Source: the human T2T-CHM13v2.0 reference genome, Homo sapiens
Direction: 5' to 3' (one strand)
Length of the DNA: 64,000 nt
NCBI RefSeq assembly: GCF_009914755.1
Contig: NC_060948.1
The notes below the pieces were generated by a model. The model did no database searches. It had not been told where the DNA came from and worked only from the letters and a program-made list of their open reading frames with translations. Made by a program: the position numbers and the translations under genes. Positions 17,870 to 39,630 of this stretch are shown here, piece after piece (positions within the stretch are counted from its first letter, which is position 1; each line of letters begins with the position of its first letter).

Positions 17870-19974
17870 AGATCCATATTTTTTAAATGAAAAAAAATTT
17901 CAAAGGTACTCTGCTTGGTACAATAATCAAATGTATAAACTGAGGAATAAAACATAACCATGAAACCTACTTATAACTGCATATGGAAAATACAGAGGAT
18001 AATTTTTTAAATAACATATTTTGAAAGCCTTAACTAGTAATTTGAAGAGTTGGCATTTGAAAGGCCAGTATGAATATACCTTCAAAGCAGCAACACAGGT
18101 TCCCCATGAGAAAAAGCAAACACAGGGAAAATAAAAACACAAAGGTTCAATCTCTTCTGACCTTTGAAAGACACAGCACAGACAGTGGTCCTTAGGACGA
18201 AGAGCAGGAGACCCCTAATTCCGTCACCATGGCGATAGGGCATAAACATTGCTGGGTGAGGGCACAATCCACATTGTGAGGTCCAACTGCTGCCAGGAAG
18301 ACAGGAGTGCTTTTACATAGACCGAAAGGTCATTGAAGGCTCAGAGTTTTGTTTCAAGAACTGAATCCCAAGCCCACACGTTATTAGGCTGCGCTTCTTA
18401 AAACAAGTTATGAGATGGGAAAAAGGGCACCCACAAACATACGTATACATTATGTATATAATAATATACAGTATCATATATATAATATATATAACCTATG
18501 TATAATATTGTTTTACATCCTGCATCTTATGTTATATATATTGTATAAAATATAATAATTGATAATATATAAGTTTTATAATTATACAATATGACATATA
18601 GTATATATTATAATTTATGACATATATAATATATGATATATGTCATATATAGAATATATTATACGGTTAATATACGTATTAAATATAAATTATACATTCT
18701 ATATATTATATATAATATATCTGTTATATATAATACCCATTATGCATAATATATATATTATGTCTATGTTATATATAGTATAAAACAACATATAATAATA
18801 TATAATTGTATATATAAAATGCGACATATAATATATATTATATTTTATAACATATGAAATATATATTATATATTATATATAATACGTTGTATGTATAATA
18901 CCTATATTAAATATATATTATATGACTATGTTATTAATTACATGTCACATGTGTTATATATTATATATTTTACATAGAATATACCGGTTACATAAAATAT
19001 ATACTATGTTACCTATAATGTATAATTTATTACATGTAAAATAAAGAATGCAATATATTATGTATAATTTATAATATACCATATGTGGAATGTCATATAT
19101 ATAACATATAATATATGATATATGATATACAGTATATGATATATAACATACAATATATGATTCCTAATACATATGGTATACAATATATATTTTATGATAT
19201 GTATTCTATATGTTTTATATTCTGTTATATATAACTATTTGAAATTATATATAACTGTATAATATTTTATGTAAATATGTAATATAATATATATAACTAT
19301 ATAATATATTATATATAACTATATATTATGTTATATATACTTTTATAACATAATTTACATAAAATATCATACTATAATATATATTATATTATTTCATATT
19401 ACATAATATATATTACATATCACCCAATATAACTAACATACATAATATTATAATATAGATTATAATATGTTATATTAAATATCATATATATCATGTATCA
19501 TATATTCTATAATATATATTACACATTATATAATATGTATGTTGTCTATTATGTGATATATATAACTCTATATATAATTATATTTTTATACATATAACTA
19601 GATAAACATGTAATTCTACATATTTTCATTTATACTATGTAGAAGTATATAATCATATATAATTATTTATATTCTATAAAAAATTTTATCATTATATAAA
19701 TTATAATATATAAAAATTATAATATGTACTACAAATATATATATTATATATCATATATGATATAGTACCTTTGTTATATATCATAATACATATAAATGTG
19801 TATTATGTTATCTATAATTATATAATTTCATATATAAGATGTATAATATGTATCATATATTATATATGTTATGTAATATATGTAGTATATATAAGATGAC
19901 ACAGGATAAATATTATATACTATGACATATAAAATATATGAGGTTATATGTTACATATAAGGCATAGCACATAA

Positions 19975-20289
<315 letters not shown>

Positions 20290-22389
20290 AGATCCATATT
20301 TTTTAAATGAAAAAAAATTTCAAAGGTACTCTGCTTGGTACAATAATCAAATGTATAAACTGAGGAATAAAACATAACCATGAAACCTACTTATAACTGC
20401 ATATGGAAAATACAGAGGATAATTTTTTAAATAACATATTTTGAAAGCCTTAACTAGTAATTTGAAGAGTTGGCATTTGAAAGGCCAGTATGAATATACC
20501 TTCAAAGCAGCAACACAGGTTCCCCATGAGAAAAAGCAAACACAGGGAAAATAAAAACACAAAGGTTCAATCTCTTCTGACCTTTGAAAGACACAGCACA
20601 GACAGTGGTCCTTAGGACGAAGAGCAGGAGACCCCTAATTCCGTCACCATGGCGATAGGGCATAAACATTGCTGGGTGAGGGCACAATCCACATTGTGAG
20701 GTCCAACTGCTGCCAGGAAGACAGGAGTGCTTTTACATAGACCGAAAGGTCATTGAAGGCTCAGAGTTTTGTTTCAAGAACTGAATCCCAAGCCCACACG
20801 TTATTAGGCTGCGCTTCTTAAAACAAGTTATGAGATGGGAAAAAGGGCACCCACAAACATACGTATACATTATGTATATAATAATATACAGTATCATATA
20901 TATAATATATATAACCTATGTATAATATTGTTTTACATCCTGCATCTTATGTTATATATATTGTATAAAATATAATAATTGATAATATATAAGTTTTATA
21001 ATTATACAATATGACATATAGTATATATTATAATTTATGACATATATAATATATGATATATGTCATATATAGAATATATTATACGGTTAATATACGTATT
21101 AAATATAAATTATACATTCTATATATTATATATAATATATCTGTTATATATAATACCCATTATGCATAATATATATATTATGTCTATGTTATATATAGTA
21201 TAAAACAACATATAATAATATATAATTGTATATATAAAATGCGACATATAATATATATTATATTTTATAACATATGTAATATATATTATATATAATACGT
21301 TGTATGTATAATACCTATATTAAATATATATTATATGACTATGTTATTAATTACTTGTCACATGTGTTATATATTATATATTTTACATAGAATATACCGG
21401 TTACATACAATATATACTATGTTACCTATAATGTATAATTTATTACATGTAAAATAAAGAATGCAATATATTATGTATAATTTATAATATACAATATGTG
21501 GAATGTGATATATGTAACATATAATATATGATATATGATATACAGTATATGATATATAACATACAATATATGATTCCTAATATATATGGTATACAATATA
21601 TATTTTATGATATGTATTCTATATGTTTTATATTCTGTTATATATAACTATTTGAAATTATATATAACTGTATAATATTTTATGTAAATATGTAATATAA
21701 TATATATAACTATATAATATATTATATATAACTATATATTATGTTATATATACTTTTATAACATAATTTACATAAAATATCATAATATAATATATATTAT
21801 AATATTTCATATTACATAATATATATTACATATCACCCAATATAACTAACATACATAATATTATAATATAGATTATATTATGTTATATTAAATATCATAT
21901 ATATCATGTATCATATATTCTATAATATATATTACACATTATATAATATGTATGTTGTCTATTATGTGATATATATAACTATATATATAATTATATTTTT
22001 ATACATATAACTGGATAAACATGTAATTCTACATATTTTCATTTATAATATGTAGAATTATATAATCATATATAATTATTTATATTCTATAAAAAATTTT
22101 ATCATTATATAAATTATAATATATAAAAATTATAATATGTACTACAAATATATATATATTATATATCATATATGATATAGTACCTTTGTTATATATCATA
22201 ATACATATAAATGTGTATTATGTTATCTATAATTATATAATTTCATATATAAGATGTATAATATGTATCATATATTATATATGTTATGTAATATATATAG
22301 TATATATAAGATGACACAGGATAAATATTATATACTATGACATATAAAATATATGAGGTTATATGTTACATATAAGGCATAGCACATAA

Positions 22390-22704
<315 letters not shown>

Positions 22705-24802
22705 AGATCCATATTTTTTAAATGAAAAAAAATTTCAAAGGTACTCTGCTTGGTACAATAATCAAATGTATAAACTGAGGAATAAAACATAACCATGAAA
22801 CCTACTTATAACTGCATATGGAAAATACAGAGGATAATTTTTTAAATAACATATTTTGAAAGCCTTAACTAGTAATTTGAAGAGTTGGCATTTGAAAGGC
22901 CAGTATGAATATACCTTCAAAGCAGCAACACAGGTTCCCCATGAGAAAAAGCAAACACAGGGAAAATAAAAACACAAAGGTTCAATCTCTTCTGACCTTT
23001 GAAAGACACAGCACAGACAGTGGTCCTTAGGACGAAGAGCAGGAGACCCCTAATTCCGTCACCATGGCGATAGGGCATAAACATTGCTGGGTGAGGGCAC
23101 AATCCACATTGTGAGGTCCAACTGCTGCCAGGAAGACAGGAGTGCTTTTACATAGACCAAAAGGTCATTGAAGGCTCAGAGTTTTGTTTCAAGAACTGAA
23201 TCCCAAGCCCACACGTTATTAGGCTGCGCTTCTTAAAACAAGTTATGAGATGGGAAAAAGGGCACCCACAAACATACGTATACATTATGTATATAATAAT
23301 ATACAGTATCATATATATAATATATATAACCTATGTATAATATTGTTTTACATCCTGCTTCCTATGTTATATATATTGTATAAAATATAATAATTGATAA
23401 TATATAAGTTTTATAATTATACAATATGACATATAGTATATATTATAATTTATGACATATATAATATATGTTATATATCATATATAGAATATATTATACG
23501 GTTAATATACGTATTAAATATAAATTATACATTATATATATTATATAAAATATATCTGTTATATATAATACCCATTATGCATAATATATATAGTATGTCT
23601 ATGTTATATATAGTATAAAACAACATATAATAATATATAATTGTATATATAAAATGCGACATATAATATATATTATATTTTATAACATATGTAATATATA
23701 TTATATATAATACGTTGTATGTATAATACCTATATTAAATATATATTATATGACTATGTTATTAATTACATGTCACATGTGTTATATATTATATATTTTA
23801 CATAGAATATACTGGTTACATACAATATATACTATGTTACCTATAATGTATAATTTATTACATGTAAAATAAAGAATGCAATATATTATGTATAATTTAT
23901 AATATACAATATGTGGAATGTGATATATGTAACATATAATATATGATATATGATATACAGTATATGATATATAACATACAATATATGATTCCTAATATAT
24001 ATGGTATACAATATATATTTTATGATATGTATTCTATATGTTTTATATTCTGTTATATATAACTATTTGAAATTATATATAACTGTATAATATTTTATGT
24101 AAATATGTAATATAATATATATAACTATATAATATGTTATATATAACTATATATTATGTTATATATACTTTTATAACATAATTTACATAAAATATCATAA
24201 TATAATATATATTATATTATTTCATATTACATTATATATATTACATATCACCCAATATAACTAACATACATAATATTATAATATAGATTATATTGTGTTA
24301 TATTAAATATCATATATATCATGTATCATATATTCTATAATATATATTACACATTATATAATATGTATGTTTTCTATTATGTGATATATATAACTATATA
24401 TATAATTATATTTTTATACATATAACTAGATAAACATGTAATTCTACATATTTTCATTTATAATATGTAGAATTATATAATCATATATAATTATTTATAT
24501 TCTATAAAAAATTTTATCATTATATAAATTATAATATATAAAAATTATAATATGTACTACACATATATATATTATATATCATATATGATATAGTACCATT
24601 GTTATATATCATAATACATATAAATGTGTATTATGTTATCTATAATTATATAATTTCATATATAAGATGTATAATATGTATCATATATTACATATGTTAT
24701 GTAATATATATAGTATATATAAGATGACACAGGATAAATATTATATACTATGACATATAAAATATATGAGGTTATATGTTACATATAAGACATAGCACAT
24801 AA

Positions 24803-25117
<315 letters not shown>

Positions 25118-27223
25118 AGATCCATATTTTTTAAATGAAAAAAAATTTCAAAGGTACTCTGCTTGGTACAATAATCAAATGTATAAACTGAGGAATAAAA
25201 CATAACCATGAAACCTACTAATAACTGCATATGGAAAATACAGAGGATAATTTTTTAAATAACATATTTTGAAAGCCTTAACTAGTAATTTGAAGAGTTG
25301 GCATTTGAAAGGCCAGTATGAATATACCTTCAAAGCAGCAACACAGGTTCCCCATGAGAAAAAGCAAACACAGGGAAAATAAAAACACAAAGGTTCAATC
25401 TCTTCTGACCTTTGAAAGACACAGCACAGACAGTGGTCCTTAGGACGAAGAGCAGGAGACCCCTAATTCCGTCACCATGGCGATAGGGCATAAACATTGC
25501 TGGGTGAGGGCACAATCCACATTGTGAGGTCCAACTGCTGCCAGGAAGACAGGAGTGCTTTTACATAGACCGAAAGGTCATTGAAGGCTCAGAGTTTTGT
25601 TTCAAGAACTGAATCCCAAGCCCACACGTTATTAGGCTGCGCTTCTTAAAACAAGTTATGAGATGGGAAAAAGGGCACCCACAAACATACGTATACATTA
25701 TGTATATAATAATATACAGTATCATATATATAATATATATAACCTATGTATAATATTGTTTTACATCCTGCATCCTATGTTATATATATTGTATAAAATA
25801 TAATAATTGATAATATATAAGTTTTATAATTATACAATATGACATATAGTATATATTATAATTTATGACATATATAATATATGTTATATATCATATATAG
25901 AATATATTATACGGTTAATATACGTATTAAATATAAATTATACATTATATATATTATATATAATATATCTGTTATATATAATACCCATTATGCATAATAT
26001 ATATATTATGTCTATGTTATATATACTATAAAACAACATATAATAATATATAATTGTATATATAAAATGCGACATATAATATATATTATATTTTATAACA
26101 TATGTAATATATATTATATATTATATATAATACGTTGTATGTATAATACCTATATTAAATATATATTATATGACTATGTTATTAATTACATGTCACATGT
26201 GTTATATATTATATATTTTACGTAGAATATACCGGTTACATACAATATATACTATGTTACCTATAATGTATAATTTATTACATGTAAAATAAAGAATGCA
26301 ATATATTATGTATAATTTATAATATACAATATGTGGAATGTGATATATATAACATATAATATATGATATATGATATACAGTATATGATATATAACATACA
26401 ATATATGATTCCTAATATATATGGTATACAATATATATTTTATGATATGTATTCTATATGTTTTATATTCTGTTATATATAACTATTTGAAATTATATAT
26501 AACTGTATAATATTTTATGTAAATATGTAATATAATATATATAAGTATATAATATATTATATATAACTATATATTATGTTATATATACTTTATATAACAT
26601 AATTTACATAAAATATCATAATATAATATATATTATATTATTTCATATTACATAATATATATTACATATCACCCAATATAACTAACATACATAATATTAT
26701 AATATAGATTATATTATGTTATATTAAATATCATATATATCATGTATCATATATTCTATAATATATATTGCACATTATATAATATGTATGTTGTCTATTA
26801 TGTGATATATATAACTATATATATAATTATATTTTTATACATATAACTAGATAAACATGTAATTCTACATCTTTTCATTTATAATATGTAGAATTATATA
26901 ATCATATATAATTATTTATATTCTATAAAAAATTTTATCATTATATAAATTATAATATATAAAAATTATAATATGTACTACACATATATATATTATATAT
27001 CATATATGATATAGTACCATTGTTATATATCATAATACATATAAATGTGTATTATGTTATCTATAATTATATAATTTCATATATAAGATGTATAATATGT
27101 ATCATATATTATAGATGTTATGTAATATATATAGTATATATAAGATGACACAGGATAAATATTATATACTATGACATATAAAATATATGAGGTTATATGT
27201 TACATATAAGGCATAGCACATAA

Positions 27224-27538
<315 letters not shown>

Positions 27539-29642
27539 AGATCCATATTTTTTAAATGAAAAAAAATTTCAAAGGTACTCTGCTTGGTACAATAATCAAA
27601 TGTATAAACTGAGGAATAAAACATAACCATGAAACCTACTTATAACTGCATATGGAAAATACAGAGGATAATTTTTTAAATAACATATTTTGAAAGCCTT
27701 AACTAGTAATTTGAAGAGTTGGCATTTGAAAGGCCAGTATGAATATACCTTCAAAGCAGCAACACAGGTTCCCCATGAGAAAAAGCAAACACAGGGAAAA
27801 TAAAAACACAAAGGTTCAATCTCTTCTGACCTTTGAAAGACACAGCACAGACAGTGGTCCTTAGGACGAAGAGCAGGAGACCCCTAATTCCGTCACCATG
27901 GCGATAGGGCATAAACATTGCTGGGTGAGGGCACAATCCACATTGTGAGGTCCAACTGCTGCCAGGAAGACAGGAGTGCTTTTACATAGACCGAAAGGTC
28001 ATTGAAGGCTCAGAGTTTTGTTTCAAGAACTGAATCCCAAGCCCACACGTTATTAGGCTGCGCTTCTTAAAACAAGTTATGAGATGGGAAAAAGGGCACC
28101 CACAAACATACGTATACATTATGTATATAATAATATACAGTATCATATATATAATATATATAACCTATGTATAATATTGTTTTACATCCTGCATCTTATG
28201 TTATATATATTGTATAAAATATAATAATTGATAATATATAAGTTTTATAATTATACAATATGACATATAGTATATATTATAATTTATGGCATATATAATA
28301 TATGTTATATATCATATATAGAATATCTTATACGGTTAATATACGTATTAAATATAAATTATACATTATATATATTATATATAATATATCTGTTATATAT
28401 AATACCCATTATACATAATATATATATTATGTCTATGTTATATATAGTATAAAACAACATATCATAATATATAATTGTATATATAAAATGCGACGTATAA
28501 TATATATTATATTTTATAACATATGTAATATATATTATATATTATATATAATACGTTGTATGTTTAATACCTATATTAAATATATATTATATGACTATGT
28601 TATTAATTACATGTCACATGTGTTATATATTATATATTTTACATAGAATATACCGGTTACATACAATATATACTATGTTACCTATAATGTATAATTTATT
28701 ACATGTAAAATAAAGAATGCAATATATTATGTATAATTTATAATATACAATATGTGGAATGTGATATATATAACATATAATATATGATATATGATATACA
28801 GTATATGATATATAACATACAATATATGATTCCTAATATATATGGTATACAATATATATTTTATGATATGTATTCTATATGTTTTATATTCTGTTATATA
28901 TAACTATTTGAAATTATATATAACTGTATAATATTTTATGTAAATATGTAATATAATATATATAACTATATAATATGTTATATATAACTATATATTATGT
29001 TATATATACTTTTATAACATAATTTACATAAAATATCATAATATAATATATATTATATTATTTCATATTACATTATATATATTACATATCACCCAATATA
29101 ACTAACATACATAATATTATAATATAGATTATATTGTGTTATATTAAATATCATATATATCATGTATCATATATTCTATAATATATATTACACATTATAT
29201 AATATGTATGTTGTCTATTATGTGATATATATAACTATATATATAATTATATTTTTATACATATAACTAGATAAACATGTAATTCTACATATTTTCATTT
29301 ATAATATCTAGAATTATATAATCATATATAATTATTTATATTCTATAAAAATTTTATCATTATATAAATTATAATATATAAAAATTATAATATGTACTAC
29401 AAATATATATATTATATATCATATATGATATAGTACCTTTGTAATATTTCATAATACATATAAATGTGTATTATGTTATCTATAATTATATAATTTCATA
29501 TATAAGATGTATAATATGTATCATACATTATAGATGTTATGTAATATATATAGTATATATAAGATGACACAGGATAAATATTATATACTATGACATATAA
29601 AATATATGAGGTTATATGTTACATATAAGGCATAGCACATAA

Positions 29643-29957
<315 letters not shown>

Positions 29958-32062
29958 AGATCCATATTTTTTAAATGAAAAAAAATTTCAAAGGTACTCT
30001 GCTTGGTACAATAATCAAATGTATAAACTGAGGAATAAACCATAACCATGAAACCTACTTATAACTGCATATGGAAAATACAGAGGATAATTTTTTAAAT
30101 AACATATATTGAAAGCCTTAACTAGTAATTTGAAGAGCTGGCATTTGAAAGGCCAGTATGAATATACCTTCAAAGCAGCAACACAGGTTCCCCATGAGAA
30201 AAAGCAAACACAGGGAAAGTAAAAACACAAAGGTTCAATCTCTTCTGACCTTTGAAAGACACAGCACAGACAGTGGTCCTTAGGACGAAGAGCAGGAGAC
30301 CCCTAATTCCGTCACCATGGCGATAGGGCATAAACATTGCTGGGTGAGGGCACAATCCACATTGTGAGGTCCAACTGCTGCCAGGAAGACAGGAGTGCTT
30401 TTACATAGACCGAAAGGTCATTGAAGGCTCAGAGTTTTGTTTCAAGAACTGAATCCCAAGCCCACACGTTATTAGGCTGCGCTACTTAAAACAAGTTATG
30501 AGATGGGAAAAAGGGCACCCACAAACATACGTATACATTATGTATATAATAATATACAGTATCATATATATAATATATATAACCTATGTATAATATTGTT
30601 TTACATCCTGCATCTTATATTATATATATTGTATAAAATATAATAATTGATAATATATAAGTTTTATAATTATACAGTAAGACATATAGTATATATTATA
30701 ATTTATGACATATGTAATATATGTTATAAGTCATATATAGAATATATTATACGGTTAATATACGTATTAAATATAAATTATACATTATATATATTATATA
30801 TAATATATCTGTTATATATAATACCCATTATGCATAATATATATAGTATGTCTATGTTATATATAGTATAAAACAACATATAATAATATATAAATGTATA
30901 TATAAAATGTGACATATAATATATATTATATTTTATAACATATGTAATATATATTATATATTATATATAATATGTTGTATGTATAATACCTATATTAAAT
31001 ATATATTATATGACTATGTTATTAATTACATGTCACATGTGTTATATATTATATATTTTACATAGAATATACCGGTTACATACAACATATACTATGTTAC
31101 CTATAATGTATAATTTATTACATGTAAAATAAAGAATGCAATATATTATGTATAATTTATAATATAACATATGTGGAATGTGATATATATAACATATAAT
31201 ATATGATATATGATATACAGTATATGATATATAACATACAATATATGATTCCTAATATATATGGTATACAATATATATTTTATGATATGTATTCTATATG
31301 TTTTATATTCTGTTATATATAACTATTTGAAATTATATATAACTCTATAATATTTTATGTAAATATGTAATATAATATATATAACTATATAATATATTAT
31401 ATATAACTATATATTATATTATATATTCTTTTATAACATAATTTACATAAAATATCATAATATAATATATATTATATTATTTCATATTACATAATACATA
31501 TTACATATCACCCAATATAACTAACATACATAATATTATAATATAGATTATATTATGTTATATTAAATATCATATATATCATGTATCATATATTCTATAA
31601 TATATATTACACATTATATAATATGTATGTTGTCTATTATGTGATATATATAACTATATATATAATTATATTTTTATACATATAACTAGATAAACCTGTA
31701 ATTCTACATATTTTCATTTATAATATGTAGAATTATATAATCATATATAATTATTTATATTCTATAAAAAATTTTATCATTATATAAATTATAATATATA
31801 AAAATTATAATATGTACTACAAATATATATATTATATATCATATATGCTATAGTACCTTTGTTATATATCATAATACATATAAATGTGTATTATGTTATC
31901 TATAATTATATAATTTCATATATAAGTTGTATAATATGTATCATATATTATATATGTTATGTAATATATATAGTATATATAAGATGACACAGGATAAATA
32001 TTATATACTATGACATATAAAATATATGAGGTTATATGTTACATATAAGGCATAGCACATAA

Positions 32063-32377
<315 letters not shown>

Positions 32378-34482
32378 AGATCCATATTTTTTAAATGAAA
32401 AAAAATTTCAAAGGTACTCTGCTTGGTACAATAATCAAATGTATAAACTGAGGAATAAAACATAACCATGAAACCTACTTATAACTGCATATGGAAAATA
32501 CAGAGGATAATTTTTTAAATAACATATTTTGAAAGCCTTAACTAGTAATTTGAAGAGTTGGCATTTGAAAGGCCAGTATGAATATACCTTCAAAGCAGCA
32601 ACACAGGTTCCCCATGAGAAAAAGCAAACACAGGGAAAATAAAAACACAAAGGTTCAATCTCTTCTGACCTTTGAAAGACACAGCACAGACAGTGGTCCT
32701 TAGGACGAAGAGCAGGAGACCCCTAATTCCGTCACCATGGCGATAGGGCATAAACATTGCTGGGTGAGTGCACAATCCACATTGTGAGGTCCAACTGCTG
32801 CCAGGAAGACAGGAGTGCTTTTACATAGACCGAAAGGTCATTGAAGGCTCAGAGTTTTGTTTCAAGAACTGAATCCCAAGCCCACACGTTATTAGGCTGC
32901 GCTTCTTAAAACAAGTTATGAGATGGGAAAAAGGGCACCCACAAACATACGTATACATTATGTATATAATAATATACAGTATCATATATATAATATATAT
33001 AACCTATGTATAATATTGTTTTACATCCTGCATCTTATGTTATATATATTGTATAAAATATAATAATTGATAATATATAAGTTTTATATTTATACAATAT
33101 GACATATAATATATATTATAATTTATGACATATGTAATATATGTTATATATCATATATAGAATATATTATACGGTTAATATACGTATTAAATATAAATTA
33201 TACATTATATATATTATATATAATATATCTGTTATATATAATAACCATTATGCATAATATATATATTATGTCTATGTTATATATAGTATAAAACAACATA
33301 TAATAATATATAATTGTATATGTAAAATGCGACATATAATATATATTATATTTTATAACATATGTAATATATATTATACATTATATATAATACGTTGTAG
33401 GAATAATACCTATATTAAATATATATTATATGACTATGTTATTAATTACATGTCACATGTGTTATATATTATATATTTTACATAGAATATACCGGTTGCA
33501 TACAATATATACTATGTTACCTATAATGTATAATTTATAACATGTAAAATAAAGAATGCAATATATTATGTATAATTTATAATATACAATATGTGGAATG
33601 TGATATATATAACATATAATATATGATATATGATATACAGTATATGATATATAACATACAATATATGATTCCTAATATATATGGTATACAATATATATTT
33701 TATGATATGTATTCTATACGTTTTATATTCTGTTATATATAACTATTTGAAATTATATATAACTGTATAATATTTTATGTAAATATGTAATATAATATAT
33801 ATAACTATATAATATATTATATATAACTATATATTATGTTATATATACTTTTATAACATAATTTACATAAAATATCATAATATAATATATATTATATTAT
33901 TTCATATTACATAATATATATTACATATCACACAATATAACTAACATACATAATATTATAATATAGATTATATTGTGTTATATTAAATATCATATATATC
34001 ATGTATCATATATTCTATAATATATAATACACATTATATAATATGTATGTTGTCTATTATGTGATATATATAACTATATATATAATTATATTTTTATACA
34101 TATAACTAGATAAACATGTAATTCTACATATTTTCATTTATAATATGTAGAATTATATAATCATATATAATTATTTATATTCTATAAAAAATTTTATCAT
34201 TATATAAATTATAATATATAAAAATTATAATATGTACTACAAATATATATATTATATATCATATATGCTATAGTTCCTTTGTTATATATCATAATACATA
34301 TAAATGTGTATTATGTTATCTATAATTATATAATTTCATATATAAGTTGTATAATATGTATCATATATTATATATGTTATGTAATATATATAGTATATAT
34401 AAGATGACACAGTATAAATATTATATACTATGACATATAAAATATATGAGGTTATATGTTACATATAAGGCATAGCACATAA

Positions 34483-34797
<315 letters not shown>

Positions 34798-36902
34798 AGA
34801 TCCATATTTTTTAAATGAAAAAAAATTTCAAAGGTACTCTGCTTGGTACAATAATCAAATGTATAAACTGAGGAATAAAACATAACCATGAAACCTACTT
34901 ATAACTGCATATGGAAAATACAGAGGATAATTTTTTAAATAACATATTTTGAAAGCCTTAACTAGTAATTTGAAGAGTTGGCATTTGAAAGGCCAGTATG
35001 AATATACCTTCAAAGCAGCAACACAGGTTCCCCATGAGAAAAAGCAAACACAGGGAAAATAAAAACACAAAGGTTCAATCTCTTCTGACCTTTGAAAGAC
35101 ACAGCACAGACAGTGGTCCTTAGGACGAAGAGCAGGAGACCCCTAATTCCGTCACCATGGCGATAGGGCATAAACATTGCTGGGTGAGGGCACAATCCAC
35201 ATTGTGAGGTCCAACTGCTGCCAGGAAGACAGGAGTGCTTTTACATAGACCGAAAGGTCATTGAAGGCTCAGAGTTTTGTTTCAAGAACTGAATCCCAAG
35301 CCCACACGTTATTAGGCTGCGCTTCTTAAAACAAGTTATGAGATGGGAAAAAGGGCACCCACAAACATACGTATACATTATGTATATAATAATATACAGT
35401 ATCATATATATAATATATATAACCTATGTATAATATTGTTTTACATCCTGCATCTTATGTTATATATATTGTATAAAATATAATAATTGATAATATATAA
35501 GTTTTATAATTATACAGTAAGACATATAGTATATATTATAATTTATGACATATGTAATATATGTTATAAGTCATACATAGAATATATTATACGGTTAATA
35601 TACGTATTAAATATAAATTATACATTATATATATTATATATAATATATCTGTTATATATAATACCCATTATGCATAATATATATATTATGTCTATGTTAT
35701 ATATAGTATAAAACAACATATAATAATATATAAATGTATATATAAAATGCGACATATAATATATATTATATTTTATAACATATGTAATATATATTATATA
35801 TTATATATAATATGTTGTATGTATAATACCTATATTAAATATATATTATATGACTATGTTATTAATTACATGTCACATGTGTTATATATTATATATTTTA
35901 CATAGAATATACCGGTTACATACAACATATACTATGTTACCTATAATGTATAATTTATTACCTGTAAAATAAAGAATGCAATATATTATGTATAATTTAT
36001 AATATACCATATGTGGAATGTGATATATATAACATATAATATATGATATATGATATACAGTATATGATATATAACATACAATATATGATTCCTAATATAT
36101 ATGGTATACAATATATATTTTATGATATGTATTCTATATGTTTTATATTCTGTTATATATAACTATTTGAAATTATATATAACTCTATAATATTTTATGT
36201 AAATATGTAATATAATATATATAACTATATAATATATTATATATAACTATATATTATATTATATATACTTTTATAACATAATTTACATAAAATATCATAA
36301 TATAATATATATTATATTATTTCATATTACATAATACATATTACATATCACCCAATATAACTAACATACATAATATTATAATATAGATTATATTGTGTTA
36401 TATTAAATATCATATATATCATGTATCATATATTCTATAATATATATTACACATTATATAATATGTATGTTGTCTATTATGTGATATATATAACTATATA
36501 TATAATTATATTTTTATACATATAACTAGATAAACATGTAATTCTACATATTTTCATTTATAATATGTAGAATTATATAATCATATATAATTATTTATAT
36601 TCTATAAAAAATTTTATCATTATATAAATTATAATATATAAAAATTATAATATGTACTACAAATATATATATTATATATCATATATGCTATAGTACCTTT
36701 GTTATATATCATAATACATATAAATGTGTATTATGTTATCTATAATTATATAATTTCATATATAAGTTGTATAATATGTTTCATATATTATATATGTTAT
36801 GTAATATATATAGTATACATAAGATGACACAGGATAAATATTATATACTATGACATATAAAATATATGAGGTTATATGTTACATATAAGGCATAGCACAT
36901 AA

Positions 36903-37217
<315 letters not shown>

Positions 37218-39315
37218 AGATCCATATTTTTTAAATGAAAAAAAATTTCAAAGGTACTCTGCTTGGTACAATAATCAAATGTATAAACTGAGGAATAAAA
37301 CATAACCATGAAACCTACTTATAACTGCATATGGAAAATACAGAGGATAATTTTTTAAATAACATATTTTGAAAGCCTTAACTAGTAATTTGAAGAGTTG
37401 GCATTTGAAAGGCCAGTATGAATATACCTTCAAAGCAGCAACACAGGTTCCCCATGAGAAAAAGCAAACACAGGGAAAATAAAAACACAAAGGTTCAATC
37501 TCTTCTGACCTTTGAAAGACACAGCACAGACAGTGGTCCTTAGGACGAAGAGCAGGAGACCCCTAATTCCGTCACCATGGCGATAGGGCATAAACATTGC
37601 TGGATGAGGGCACAATCCACATTGTGAGGTCCAACTGCTGCCAGGAAGACAGGAGTGCTTTTACATAGACCGAAAGGTCATTGAAGGCTCAGAGTTTTGT
37701 TTCAAGAACTGAATCCCAAGCCCACACGTTATTAGGCTGCGCTTCTTATAACAAGTTATGAGATGGGAAAAAGGGCATCCACAAACATACGTATACATTA
37801 TGTATATAATAATATACAGTGTCATATATATAATATATATAACCTATGTATAATATTGTTTTACATCCTGCATCTTATGTTATATATATTGTATAAAATA
37901 TAATAATTGATAATATATAAGTTTTATATTTATACAATATGACATATAGTATATATTATAATTTATGACATATATAATATATGTTATATATCATATATAG
38001 AATATATTATACGGTTAATATACGTATTAAATATAAATTATACATTATATATATTATATATAATATATCTGTTATATATAATACCCATTATGCATAATAT
38101 ATATATTATGTCTATGTTATATATAGTACAAAACAACATATAATAATATATAATTGTATATATAAAATGCGACATATATTATATATTATATTTTATAACA
38201 TATGTAATATATATTATATATAATACGTTGTATGTATAATACCTATATTAAATATATATTATATGACTATGTTATTAATTACATGTCACATGTGTTATAT
38301 ATTATATATTTTACATAGAATATACCGGTTACATACAACATATACTATGTTACCTATAATGTATAATTTATTACATGTAAAATAAAGAATGCAATATATT
38401 ATGTATAATTTATAATATACCATATGTGGAATGTGATATATATAACATATAATATATGATATATGATATACAGTATATGATATATAACATACAATATATG
38501 ATTCCTAATATATATGGTATACAATATATATTTTATGATATGTATTCTATATGTTTTATATTCTGTTATATATAACTATTTGAAATTATATATAACTCTA
38601 TAATATTTTATGTAAATATGTAATATAATATATATAACTATATAATATATTATATATAACTATATATTATATTATATATACTTTTATAACATGATTTACA
38701 TAAAATATCATAATATAATATATATTATATTATTTCATATTACATAATACATATTACATATCACCCAATATAACTAACATACATAATATTATAATATAGA
38801 TTATATTATGTTATATTAAATATCATATATATCATGTATCATATATTCTATAATATATATTACACATTATATAATATGTATGTTGTCTATTATGTGATAT
38901 ATATAACTATATATATAATTATATTTTTATACATATAACTAGATAAACCTGTAATTCTACATATTTTCATTTATAATATGTAGAATTATATAATCATATA
39001 TAATTATTTATATTCTATAAAAAATTTTATCATTATATAAATTATAATATATAAAAATTATAATATGTACTACAAATATATATATTATATATCATATATG
39101 CTATAGTACCTTTGTTATATATCATAATACATATAAATGTGTATTATGTTATCTATAATTATATAATTTCATATATAAGTTGTATAATATGTATCATATA
39201 TTATATATGTTATGTAATATATATAGTATATATAAGATGACACAGGATAAATATTATATACTATGACATATAAAATATATGAGGTTATATGTTACATATA
39301 AGGCATAGCACATAA

Positions 39316-39630
<315 letters not shown>

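Noticed and set aside
30647-30871. 74-aa Ile/Tyr-rich ORF (five copies)
   Set aside because: Translation of (TA)-rich low complexity opened by chance stop loss. Useful only as a B-unit marker.
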